A stretch of DNA of 64,000 nucleotides. It comes from Verrucomicrobiota bacterium. Lineage in GTDB: Bacteria; Verrucomicrobiota; Verrucomicrobiia; Limisphaerales; UBA8199. Shown here in pieces: positions 11,001 to 19,299 of this stretch. Positions within the stretch are counted from its first letter, which is position 1. Each line of letters starts with the position of its first letter. The notes under the pieces were generated by a model. The model was not told where the DNA came from. It made no database searches and worked only from the letters and a program-made list of their open reading frames with translations. The translations under genes were made by a program, and so were the position numbers. The stretch lies in assembly GCA_003176045.1 (NCBI GenBank), contig PSRM01000108.1, forward strand, positions 4,171-68,170, in the 5' to 3' direction.

Positions 11001-11217
11001 TGTCAGGGGCGGAAAGGGCTTGCTGTGGCTTCTCGGGATCGCCGCCAAGAAAGCCGCCGGCTTCGTCGTGGGCGCGCAGAAGCTTCTCGATCCGTTGTCT
11101 CAGAACGCTATCGTTGCCGCACGCTTCATCCAGAAAACGGTCGCGTTCGGCCCCGAGCGGACGCTCTAAAGCGTCCTTAAAGATTAGCGGCACAGATTTT
11201 TTCCCAGCCTCACTCAT
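8044..11217 (-). CDS. Membrane Ser/Thr protein kinase with C-terminal WD40 beta-propeller
   Basis: Hanks kinase motifs (GEGGCGVVY, VALK, HRDLKPSNIL, DFGIAK, GTPAYMSPE). One TM segment (VAFTAASVVLFVLVAGLAASTW), then a coiled coil, then WD40-type repeats (LASGG..DGAIFLWDV, SASCDETIRVWNL, SGSKDGEVLVWD). Confidence 0.9.
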   Translation of the reverse strand: MSEAGKKSVPLIFKDALERPLGAERDRFLDEACGNDSVLRQRIEKLLRAHDEAGGFLGGDPEKPQQALSAPDKAASAPTEKAGDRIGRYKLLQQIGEGGCGVVYMAEQEEPVRRKVALKVIKLGMDTRQVVARFEAERQALAMMDHPNIARVLEAGATDSGRPYFIMELVRGKRITEFCDEQELSPRERLELFAQVCSAVQHAHQKGIIHRDLKPSNILVTTVDGRHVPKVIDFGIAKATGGQRLTNKTVFTAFEQFIGTPAYMSPEQAQMSGVDIDTRTDIYSLGVVLYELLTGRTPFDAKRLLEAGLDEIRRVVREEEPARPSTRLQTLSQIDLKTVARARRLDAPKLIHLVKGDLDWVAMKCLEKDRDRRYQTANALAVDIQRHLENEPVVARPPGGLYRLQKLVLRNKVAFTAASVVLFVLVAGLAASTWQAIRASRAEKEQRRLRNVAEQARAQAEKEKLAARRTAYASDMRLVQNAIETRKLGSAREILNRHRPGAGEADLRGWEWRYLWSLCRSEAQNTLCQRSNSVFSILISHDGQWVAVGEQEGGIVSVMDLATSKQIALLSAGRGRTIAAFSPREPLLAFAMEGGGSDYRIGFWDGRTRQRLPDELLLAARCGALTFSRDGQTLIVLSEDPEDQIKLWRVSDRHLIASHPTPDVGGVFLPHGFAISRHSNLAAYRAKGSQLCVIDLDTGAERWRTKSPDQAVWGLAFSTDDRILASGGGLGDGAIFLWDVSSGRQVGRLQGHTAIVTSLDFLPDGKSLVSASCDETIRVWNLSDLMNTPAPRILSGHKHEVWRLAASPDGKTFVSGSKDGEVLVWDTRRQLAQQNRVTLPDLVAAWRFTADNKSVVCADRAGHLAQWDGPDFRQKTDLRGKTAAELGLGEPPRSKPGWLVSGLPRLPPQFRTDPPGGLLEALSPDGRFFAQAPTTGRFTAQIASGGGIWMWDRQDFNDGSAQIQPRVFRSLTAFSLAFSPDSTRLAVGNGTKEAIKIWDVETRRELLALPGNGGLFHNTAFASDESLLGSINEAGQLHLWRAPSWAEIELEEARVAR

Positions 11218-11253
11218 TGACTTGCCTGTATTAGATAGAGCGCCATAGCAACT

Positions 11254-11342
11254 GCGCCGGGTCAGGGGACCCGGCCTACAAACACCTGTAGGCCGCGTGC
11301 CCTCACGCGGCGATACTTATGGCCGCGTGCCCTCACGCGGCG
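11254..11342. repeat. Palindromic dispersed repeat (tgtaggccg[cg]gtgccctcac[gc]cggcg family) plus an extra half copy
   Basis: Left arm gcgccgggtcaggggacccggcctaca and right arm tgtaggccgcgtgccctcacgcggcg. The half unit ggccgcgtgccctcacgcggcg recurs at 11321..11342. A related perfect palindrome lies at 29922..29993. Confidence 0.8.
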
Positions 11343-11461
11343 GGACTATGACGTTCTATATAGTTCAAGGCGAAAATCCCTGGAAAAAGGGGACAGCCAA
11401 AATGATCATGCGTGCAGCATGACGCGACTTGCGGCGACATTCGCGCCAGATCCGCCGGTCG

Positions 11462-12154
11462 TCAGGAGAGAGGCTCGGACCGAATTTCATCGTAGAGCCA
11501 GGCTCGCGCAAAAGACCAGTCCCGCTTCGCCGTCCGCTCAGTCACGCCCAGAATTCTGCCGGCATCTTCAAGGCTGAGCCCGACAAAAAATCGCAGCTTT
11601 ACCAGTTGCGCAGCCCGTTCATCTTCCCTGGCGAGTTTGTCCAGCGCTTCATTGACGGCGATTAAGGTGTCATTGTTGGCAGCGCTGGCGACCTCCAACT
11701 CATCCAGGTCAATCCGCTCGCGTTCGCCACCTCGTTTCTGGGAGGCCTTGCGCCGGGCGCGCTCGATCAAAATACGGCGCATCGCATCGGCAGCAGCGGC
11801 AAAGAAATGCGCGCGGTTGGCGAAGGGCATTTCTGCGTCACTCCCGGCCAAGCGCAGCCAGGCCTCGTGTACGAGCGCTGTGGGCTGCAAAGTGTGGTCC
11901 GCCCGTTCGTTGGCCATCCGTGCCGCCGCCAGTTTGCGCAATTCGTCGTAAACCAGCGGCAGCAATTCCTCCGCGGCCTTTGCGGCGCCCGCTTGAGCGG
12001 CTTCCAGAATGCGTGTGACATCGCTCAAACCCCCACAATATTTCGCCGGCGGCGGCGCTTCAATACCTAACTCCCAGCAAGTCATCAAGCACGGCTCTCC
12101 ACCCCCTTCGATTATCATTTTGCCACACATCATTTTGCCTGCTCTTACGCACAC
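11462..12154 (-). CDS. ECF-type sigma-70 factor of the kinase-associated class (start uncertain; ATG 12085 plausible)
   Basis: DVTRILEAAQAG...LLPLVYDELRKLAAARMANERADHTLQPTALVHEAWLRL (region 2) and LVKLRFFVGLSLEDAGRILGVTERTAKRDW (region 4). Lies directly upstream of the Ser/Thr kinase gene. Confidence 0.85.
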   Translation of the reverse strand: MCVRAGKMMCGKMIIEGGGEPCLMTCWELGIEAPPPAKYCGGLSDVTRILEAAQAGAAKAAEELLPLVYDELRKLAAARMANERADHTLQPTALVHEAWLRLAGSDAEMPFANRAHFFAAAADAMRRILIERARRKASQKRGGERERIDLDELEVASAANNDTLIAVNEALDKLAREDERAAQLVKLRFFVGLSLEDAGRILGVTERTAKRDWSFARAWLYDEIRSEPLS

Positions 12155-12381
12155 TGCATACCCACCGTAAATCCCCCGATACCAAACCGCAACTCCGCCG
12201 CAAATTCACCGAAATTTTATCGCCCATTTGCAGCCAATAGCGGTCAGTAACGCCTATTAACGCCAAAAAAACTCATTAAAACTTTTTGCCTTGTCATTTC
12301 CTCGACTTACTGACTCGAAAAACATTGACTTTTCTGCCGCGGTCTGTCACGATCTGCGCATCCTGACTAGGTAATCCAGGC

Positions 12382-15300
12382 ATGTTGTTTCAAACTCCTT
12401 TGATTCTCCCGCAGAAACGCGGGACCATACGGCTAAGCCGTGCCACGTTTCACGCTTCACGCATCACGTTTCACGTTTCACGTTTCACCGTTCTCCTCTG
12501 CCTCGCTCTGCTGGTCTGCGCACGCCCAGCCTGTTCGGTGGGCATCTGGGTATCGGTGACCCGCGCGGCTCCTTCGAGCATTGACACCATGCTGCTGATG
12601 GGCGATGGCACCGTCATCGGCGCCAACGGAGGAACGGGATGGTATAAACTCACGCCGGATAGCCTGGGCAGCTACGTCAACGGGACGTGGACGACGGTGG
12701 CGCCGATGAATGATTCGCGCCTTTATTATTCGTCCCAGGTGATGACGGACGGCCGCATGTTTATTGCCGGCGGCGAATACGGCACCGGACTGTGCTCGGG
12801 TGAAGTCTATGACCCGGTGCTCAATCTTTGGGTGTTTTGTCCGGCGTCAGGCCAGCGGTTCTCCGACTCGATCTCGGCCATGGTGCCGAACGGCAACGTG
12901 CTGGTCTCGCCCGTCGGCCCTTCCAGCGGCGGCGGCACCATTTTTTACAATCCGACCTCCAATCTTTGGATAACTGGGCCAAAGCTCTTTCGCGGTGGTT
13001 ATCAGGATGAAGCCAGTTGGGTGAAGCTGCCGGATTCGAGCATCCTGACCGTGGACCCGTTCGGCCAGAACACGGAGCGCTATATTCCGTCCCTGAACCA
13101 ATGGGTCAACGACGCCACCGTGCCCGTGGCACTCTACAACAACCTTGGGGAGCTGGGCCCGGCGTTCCTGTTGCCCAACGGCAAGGTGATCTACATCGGC
13201 GGCACCACCAATACCGCCATTTATACGCCTAGCGGCACCACCAGCCCCGGCAGTTGGGTGGCAGGCCCGGTGATCCCTGGCGGGTTCGGCGCCACGGACG
13301 CCCCCGGAGCGATGATGGTCAACGGCAAGGTGTTGGCCTGCGTGGGCAGCGCTTCAACCTACAACGCTCCCGCTTACTTTTATGAATACGACTCTGTCGC
13401 CAACGCGTTTACTGCCACCGGTTGCCCCGGCAATAACGTCGCCGGCTCAAGTTACAACACCAGCCCGTATGTCCTGCGGATGCTGGCCCTGCCGGATGGC
13501 ACGGTGCTGACGGCGGTTTCGAGTTCGCAGTTGTATGTCTATGTGCCCGATGGCTCGCCGCTGGCCCAAGGCCAGCCGGTCATCAACAGCGTCACCGCCA
13601 ATTACTATCGGTCTTACCACATGACTGGCACGGGCCTGAACGGGATCTCCGAAGGCGCGGCGTATGGGGACGATGCGCAGATGGACAGCAACTATCCGTT
13701 GATCCGGATGACCAACAACACCAGCGGCCTGGTTTATTACGCGCGTTCCTATAACTGGAGCAGCACTTCAGTTATGACCAGCAATACCGTCGTCTCGACT
13801 GACTTCATCCTTCCGGCCTCGCTTCCGACCGGCAGCTACTCGCTGGTCGTGTCTGTCAATGGCAACGCTTCCGCGCCTTATTCATTGTCGTTCACCGCCG
13901 ACCCGCTGACGCTCTCCTCGCAAACAGGGTATAACTCCTCCGGCCCAACCAATGGACCGTTCCTCACCTCGGCCAAGGCCTTTACACTCAACAACACCAG
14001 CGGCAGCCCGTTGAACTGGGCGGCTGGCACGACAGGTTCCTGGCTGGCGCTGAGCCTGGCCGGCGGCACGATTGCCGGTGGAGGTAATGCCAGCGTAACC
14101 GTGAGCAATGCCATCGCGGCCCTGGCCCTGGGCCCCGGCAATTATCCGGGCACCGTTTGGTTCACCAATCTCACCAGCGGCGCCATCCAGTCGGTCCCGT
14201 TTTATTTGCAGGTTTTCCAGAATATCAAGAACCCCGGTTTTGAGACGGGCAGTTCGGGTTACTGGACCTTGAGCGGCACCCCAGGCAATACCTTCGTGGA
14301 TGATCGGACCGATAACAGCGTTTACGTACACTCAGGTTCTTATGCGGCATTCCTGGGGCAGAACACCTCCGGCAACACCTCTTTTGGCTACCTGTCTCAA
14401 ACCGTGCCCACCGGGCCAGGCCTGCAGTACACGCTCTCCTTCTGGCTCAATCATCCGTCGATTGACAGCACTCCGGCCGAGTTCCAGGTGTTTTGGAATG
14501 GGAGCATGATCTTCGACCAGACCTATGCCACCTCCTTCGCTTTCACCAACGTTCACCTGAACGTCACTGCAACAGCCTCTTCGACTTCACTCCAGTTCGG
14601 GTTCCGCAGCAATACAAATTATTTCGGGTTGGACGACGTCGCGCTGACCTCGCTGGCGGTTGGCCCGTCCATCACCGTTCAACCGGCTAACACCGCCGCT
14701 GACCTTGGCCTGAGCGCCAGCTTCTCCGTCACCGCCGGCGGCACCTCGCCCCTGAGCTACCAATGGCGCTTAAACAGCAACTCCATCCCGGGCGCCACTT
14801 CCAATGTCTTTACCCTCAGTAATGTCCAGGCCACCAATGCCGGCTCGTATTCGGTCCTTGTCACCAATCTTTACGGCAGCATCCTCAGCTCCAACGCCCT
14901 GCTCACCGTGCTTGACCCGTTCATCACCAATCAGCCGCAAGGCCAATTCGTGGCTGCCGGCGGCACCGCCACCTTCACCGTCGGCGCCGGAGGCACTTTC
15001 CCGCTGAGTTATCAATGGAAAGAAAACGGCCTCAACCTCACCGACGGTGGGCGCATCAGCGGCTCTCAGACGGCCACGCTCACTATTTCCAATATGCAGT
15101 CTTCAGATGTGGCCAACTACTCGGTGCTGGTGAGCAATACGAATGGTTCGGTCCTCAGTGCCGGCGCGTCGTTGATTGGACCGTTTCCGCCCACGATTGT
15201 GGGCCAACCGGCCAGCCAAACCGTGTTGGCCGGCTCTCTGGTCCCGTTTAGCGTCAGCGCCGCCGGCCCGGCTCCACTGACTTACCAATGGCAGGAACAA

Positions 15301-17241
15301 GGCACAAACATCAGCGATGGCGCCAAATTCAGCGGCACAACCACCGCGAACTTGCTGGTCTCGAAGGTGCAGGCGGCCGATATGGCCAATTACTCGGTTA
15401 TCGTGGGCAATGCTTACGGTTCGATCGGCAGCAGCAATGCGTTCCTCTCGCTGTTCCCGCTGGTCTGCTGGGGGCTCGATTCGGTCGGCCAGGCCGATAT
15501 TCCGCCGGGCCTAAGCAATATCACGGCTATCGCCTGCGGCGGCTCTCATGAATTGGTGCTCCACACCGATGGCACCATGGCTGCCTGGGGCGCCGGCACG
15601 AACAATACTGGCATCAATCCAAATTACGGCCAGGCAATGATTCCGCCTGGTTTGACGAATGTGACCGCGATTGCGGGCGGCGGTTTTCATACCCTGGCAG
15701 CGAAGAGTGATGGGACGGTTGTGGCCTGGGGGCTCGATACTTCCGGCCAAACCAATGTGCCCGCCGGCCTCTCCAACGTGATCGCCGTTGCCGCCGGCAG
15801 TTCCTTCAGCCTCGCGCTCAAGAGCGACGGCACAGTTACCGGATGGGGCCTCAACAATTTCGGCCAGGCCGCTCCGCCTGCCGGCCTGACCAATGCGGTG
15901 GCCATCGCCGCCGGCACGGCCTTCAGCCTCGCCCTGGCATCCGACCACACAGTCGTCGGTTGGGGCAGGAACAACGTGGGCCAAACGAGTGTGCCGCCTG
16001 ACCTGACCAACGCCGTGGCCGTTGCCGCCGGCAGTTCATTTGGCATGGCACTGCGCGCCGACGGCACCGTTACCGCCTGGGGCGCAAATGACTCGGGGCA
16101 GACGAATATGCCGCCTGACCTGACCAATGTCGCCGCCATCGCCTGCGGGAGCAGCCATGCCATCGTTTTAAAGCGGGACGGTTCGTTGATCGCCTGGGGT
16201 TCGAACATTGCCGGCCAGACGAACATTCCGATGGGGTTAAGCACTGTGATTGCGCTCGCCGCCGGTGGTTCGGATAACCTGGTGCTCGAAGGTGTTGCCG
16301 CGACGGCGCCGGGCATCAGCGCGCAGCCGCAAGGCGTTACCGTGGATTGCGGCACAAACGCTGCGTTTCTGGTCAGCGCGACCGGCACCCCGCCGCTCGC
16401 CTATCAATGGCTCAAGAACGGCGTCTCCATCCTCGGCGCCACTACCAATAATTACTCGGTCGTTCCGGCCAATTGCCAGTCGGCGGACTCCTACACCGTC
16501 ATCATCACCAACGTCACAGGTTCTATCACGAGCAGTGTAGCCACTTTAAGCGTGGTGGACACCATCGCTCCAACGATCCTCTGCCCCAGCAATTTGGTTC
16601 TGAACACGACCACTGGCCAGTGTTCGGCCATTGCAAACTACAGCGTCACCGCCACGGACAATTGTTCGATCGTCAGCCTGTTGGTGAACCCGCCCTCGGG
16701 GTCGTTCTTTCTGAAAGGAACGAACGTGGTGGTGTGTACGGCAACCGATTGCGGCGGCAACACCAACACCTGCTCGTTCACCGTGACGGTTTTGGACCAG
16801 GAAATGCCCGTAATTGCATGCCCGACCAATCAGACCCTGGCCTGCAACACTACCAACGGCGCGCAAGCGTTCTTTTCTCCGACCGCGACCGACAATTGCG
16901 ACGGCAGCGTCCCAGTTGTCTGCACTCCGCCTTCGGGCTCCTATTTCCTGGTGGGGACGAATCTGGTGACTTGCGTCGCCAACGACAGCAGCGGCAATAC
17001 AAACAACTGCACATTCACAGTTACGGTAGTTGAAAACCAGCCGTTGCTGAGCATTTCGATCAGCGGAACCAATTGCGTTCTGGTCTGGCCGCAGAGTTGC
17101 GCCAATTACCAACCGCAGCAAACGCCCAGTTTTGACCAACCCTGGTCGCCTGTGGCCGGAACTCCCTCGCCAATTGGCACAAATTTCACCATCACCGTCC
17201 CGCTCACCAACAGCGCATTTTTCAGGCTTCGGCAGAATTGA
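12382..17241 (+). CDS. Giant secreted mosaic protein (Kelch-like, CBM-like, Ig-like x4-5, RCC1 repeats x7, HYR x2, C-terminal FFRL tail)
   Basis: Signal core VLLCLALLVCARPACS. Ig-like repeats (SPLSYQWRLN..AGSYSVLVTN). RCC1 repeats (ALKSDGTVTGWG.N.FGQ). HYR-like units (DTIAPTILCPSN...ATDNCS). Ends ...SAFFRLRQN. Confidence 0.85.
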   Translation: MLFQTPLILPQKRGTIRLSRATFHASRITFHVSRFTVLLCLALLVCARPACSVGIWVSVTRAAPSSIDTMLLMGDGTVIGANGGTGWYKLTPDSLGSYVNGTWTTVAPMNDSRLYYSSQVMTDGRMFIAGGEYGTGLCSGEVYDPVLNLWVFCPASGQRFSDSISAMVPNGNVLVSPVGPSSGGGTIFYNPTSNLWITGPKLFRGGYQDEASWVKLPDSSILTVDPFGQNTERYIPSLNQWVNDATVPVALYNNLGELGPAFLLPNGKVIYIGGTTNTAIYTPSGTTSPGSWVAGPVIPGGFGATDAPGAMMVNGKVLACVGSASTYNAPAYFYEYDSVANAFTATGCPGNNVAGSSYNTSPYVLRMLALPDGTVLTAVSSSQLYVYVPDGSPLAQGQPVINSVTANYYRSYHMTGTGLNGISEGAAYGDDAQMDSNYPLIRMTNNTSGLVYYARSYNWSSTSVMTSNTVVSTDFILPASLPTGSYSLVVSVNGNASAPYSLSFTADPLTLSSQTGYNSSGPTNGPFLTSAKAFTLNNTSGSPLNWAAGTTGSWLALSLAGGTIAGGGNASVTVSNAIAALALGPGNYPGTVWFTNLTSGAIQSVPFYLQVFQNIKNPGFETGSSGYWTLSGTPGNTFVDDRTDNSVYVHSGSYAAFLGQNTSGNTSFGYLSQTVPTGPGLQYTLSFWLNHPSIDSTPAEFQVFWNGSMIFDQTYATSFAFTNVHLNVTATASSTSLQFGFRSNTNYFGLDDVALTSLAVGPSITVQPANTAADLGLSASFSVTAGGTSPLSYQWRLNSNSIPGATSNVFTLSNVQATNAGSYSVLVTNLYGSILSSNALLTVLDPFITNQPQGQFVAAGGTATFTVGAGGTFPLSYQWKENGLNLTDGGRISGSQTATLTISNMQSSDVANYSVLVSNTNGSVLSAGASLIGPFPPTIVGQPASQTVLAGSLVPFSVSAAGPAPLTYQWQEQGTNISDGAKFSGTTTANLLVSKVQAADMANYSVIVGNAYGSIGSSNAFLSLFPLVCWGLDSVGQADIPPGLSNITAIACGGSHELVLHTDGTMAAWGAGTNNTGINPNYGQAMIPPGLTNVTAIAGGGFHTLAAKSDGTVVAWGLDTSGQTNVPAGLSNVIAVAAGSSFSLALKSDGTVTGWGLNNFGQAAPPAGLTNAVAIAAGTAFSLALASDHTVVGWGRNNVGQTSVPPDLTNAVAVAAGSSFGMALRADGTVTAWGANDSGQTNMPPDLTNVAAIACGSSHAIVLKRDGSLIAWGSNIAGQTNIPMGLSTVIALAAGGSDNLVLEGVAATAPGISAQPQGVTVDCGTNAAFLVSATGTPPLAYQWLKNGVSILGATTNNYSVVPANCQSADSYTVIITNVTGSITSSVATLSVVDTIAPTILCPSNLVLNTTTGQCSAIANYSVTATDNCSIVSLLVNPPSGSFFLKGTNVVVCTATDCGGNTNTCSFTVTVLDQEMPVIACPTNQTLACNTTNGAQAFFSPTATDNCDGSVPVVCTPPSGSYFLVGTNLVTCVANDSSGNTNNCTFTVTVVENQPLLSISISGTNCVLVWPQSCANYQPQQTPSFDQPWSPVAGTPSPIGTNFTITVPLTNSAFFRLRQN
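12444..12488 (+). repeat. 7-nt tandem array (cacgttt) x6.4 inside the leader-coding region
   Basis: Units cacgttt cacgctt cacgcat cacgttt cacgttt cacgttt cac, translated as [14 protein letters not shown]. Confidence 0.9.
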
Positions 17242-17257
17242 CGGAGAGGGTGCGGGA

Positions 17258-17370
17258 AGTAGCGCAGGCTTCCAGCCTGCTGTATCGCCGATTTCCAGCC
17301 GGCTGGGCTCGATAATTTTCGACGCGCGTCGAGTTAGAGAGCGGTTCGCAGATTGGAAATCTGCGCTACG
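17258..17370. repeat. Dispersed hairpin-rich repeat (gcaggcttccagcctgctgtatcgccgatttcc / gattggaaatctgcgctac family)
   Basis: The same sequence words recur in inverted orientation at 17985..18106. Confidence 0.8.
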
Positions 17371-17424
17371 ATCGCAGCTCGACACCAAGAGTGCCTTCTT
17401 CCGTCTGCGGCGGAATTAACGCTT

Positions 17425-17889
17425 TTAGTAGCGGCGGCGCCTTATCAGTCCGCGGTATGCTGAAGCCGCGATCAACCCAAAAACCAGGTGCGTGAATACC
17501 ACCGGCACTTCATTTTGCCGCAAATCGGGCAAGCAAAGCGAAACCACTAGAAGATTCAATACGTAGAGCAGCAGTCCCGTCAGCGCGCCGGCGAAGATGG
17601 CTCGCGGCTGCCGCAGGTTCACGACCACTCGCGAGATAAGAAGTCCATATAAGACCGAAACCGCAAGATGAATGACCCAGGCGAGGAACAACGGGATACC
17701 GGCAGTCGCGGGAATGGCGCGGCCCATGATGACAGGCGAAAACGAGCTGAGCGAAGCCCATGGCGTGCCGCGCGGTACCAGGAGCAATATCGCCCCTGCC
17801 GCCAAGCCAGCTGCGAAAGCCGGCCCCCATTGCAGACGTCCCGGGAACGCGGGCTCCAAAGGATGTGGTGCTTGATAACCTCGGATCAT
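17425..17889 (-). CDS. Small integral membrane protein (about 4 TM)
   Basis: ORF 17425..18168 trimmed to ATG 17889 (MIRGYQAPH...), because the upstream part only translates the dispersed repeat. Several hydrophobic helices. Confidence 0.55.
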   Translation of the reverse strand: MIRGYQAPHPLEPAFPGRLQWGPAFAAGLAAGAILLLVPRGTPWASLSSFSPVIMGRAIPATAGIPLFLAWVIHLAVSVLYGLLISRVVVNLRQPRAIFAGALTGLLLYVLNLLVVSLCLPDLRQNEVPVVFTHLVFGLIAASAYRGLIRRRRY

Positions 17890-17984
17890 ATTAATAAAAC
17901 TTACTTCGGAATTTGGCAGTGCGCAACTGGAGGGACCCGAATTCCATTTCGGCGCACGTTTCAGATTTTTAACTTGGCCTTGGA

Positions 17985-18106
17985 CGTAGCGCAGATTTCT
18001 AATCTGCTGTATCGCAGTGCTTCCAGCCTGCGAACTGCACGCACTGTTTAATCGGACGATCTGCCGATTGGAAATCGGCGATACAGCAGGTTGGAAACCT
18101 GCGCTA
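17985..18106. repeat. Dispersed hairpin-rich repeat, second copy of the 17258 family
   Basis: gtagcgcagatttctaatctgctgtatcgc ... ctgccgattggaaatcggcgatacagcaggttggaaacctgcgctac. Confidence 0.8.
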
Positions 18107-18164
18107 CTTTTCCCGTTGTCGAGCCCCACTGCGCCGAAATGGAGTTCGGCGCTCCGCTCCCAAC

Positions 18165-19298
18165 TCACACCTCAAAAAACTTTTCTACCCGAGTGAGATT
18201 TCGAGGGCTGCCTTTGGTTATAAGCGCCATGTCCTCGAGGCGAACGCCTCCCAGGCCAGGATAATACAGGCCCGGCTCGACGGTTATGACCTGGCCGGTC
18301 TTAAGCTTGCCGGTCGAAGTCTGTCCGGCACGGGGTGGTTCATGGATTTCGAGACCGACCCCATGGCCGGTTCCATGAAAGAAGCCTTGCATCCGGCCGC
18401 CTGATCGGCCCGTTTTGTAGCCTTGCTGCTCGAAGAAATCCTGAACGGCTTTATGGACCTCCGCGGTCCGGACGCCGGGTCGCATTTTGTGAAACGCGAT
18501 TGCCTGTCCGCGAAGGACGGTATCGTAAAGTCGTTTCGCGGCGTCGGACGCGTGTCCGCGAACGACCGCGCGCGTGAGGTCGCCGAAATAGCCCGTTTCT
18601 TGCGCACGGGGGAAGATGTCGAGGATGATGGGCTCGTGAGCCCGGAGCGGACCATGACCCGGCTCATGGGGATCGCAGGCCTGGTTGCCCCCTGCCACGA
18701 TGGTGTGGGAAGCGACACCGCCGAGTTGGAGGATGGCGGTATCAATGATCGCGCGCAGTCGTTCCGAGGTCAGAGGAGCACCGCGATAGAGCAATTGTCT
18801 GTTTTTGCCGATGCGGGTAGCACGCAGAGCGCGAATGGCCTCGCTTAGTCCGGTCTCGGCCATGCGCAACGCTGCCGTGATCTTTCTGACTTCCTCCGGC
18901 GACTTAATCTCGCGTTCCGGAAAGAACATGCCACGGCTGGGCTGGACACGAATACGGCGGCGCTGCAAAGCCACTGCAAGTCCGTGCGGAAAGTCCTGCG
19001 GCACGACTACCCGCCGGATCCGGCGCTGGCGCAAAAAGGCCGCCATGATGTCAGCAACTTCTGGCCGTTTGATGCCTGAATCGCGAAGTTTGCGCTGGAA
19101 GCCGCTGAGCGAGAGGACGCGACAATGGCTGGCCTGGCGCTTCGCCCGGTCAATTTCCAGATCGCTCATTATGAGATAACCGCGGCCCGCCAGACGGCAA
19201 TACACGAAGGCATCGGGAACAAACATGCTGGTGGCGTAGAGCATGTTTGCATCGTGGTCGCTGGCGGCGAAAATTAGGAGGTTATCGGAACGTTTCAT
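18165..19298 (-). CDS. M24-family Xaa-Pro aminopeptidase
   Basis: ORF trimmed to ATG 19298 (MKRSDNLLIF...). Metal-binding motifs DIFPR, HGTGHGVGLEIHEPP and VEPGLY..GGVRLED. Confidence 0.85.
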   Translation of the reverse strand: MKRSDNLLIFAASDHDANMLYATSMFVPDAFVYCRLAGRGYLIMSDLEIDRAKRQASHCRVLSLSGFQRKLRDSGIKRPEVADIMAAFLRQRRIRRVVVPQDFPHGLAVALQRRRIRVQPSRGMFFPEREIKSPEEVRKITAALRMAETGLSEAIRALRATRIGKNRQLLYRGAPLTSERLRAIIDTAILQLGGVASHTIVAGGNQACDPHEPGHGPLRAHEPIILDIFPRAQETGYFGDLTRAVVRGHASDAAKRLYDTVLRGQAIAFHKMRPGVRTAEVHKAVQDFFEQQGYKTGRSGGRMQGFFHGTGHGVGLEIHEPPRAGQTSTGKLKTGQVITVEPGLYYPGLGGVRLEDMALITKGSPRNLTRVEKFFEV

Positions 19299-19299
19299 A

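Noticed and set aside
8304-11248. ORFs overlapping the Ser/Thr kinase gene on either strand (8345..8902, 8348..9091, 9767..10141, etc.).
   Set aside because: The kinase/WD40 frame has canonical motifs throughout. The alternatives are Arg/Pro-rich with no motifs.
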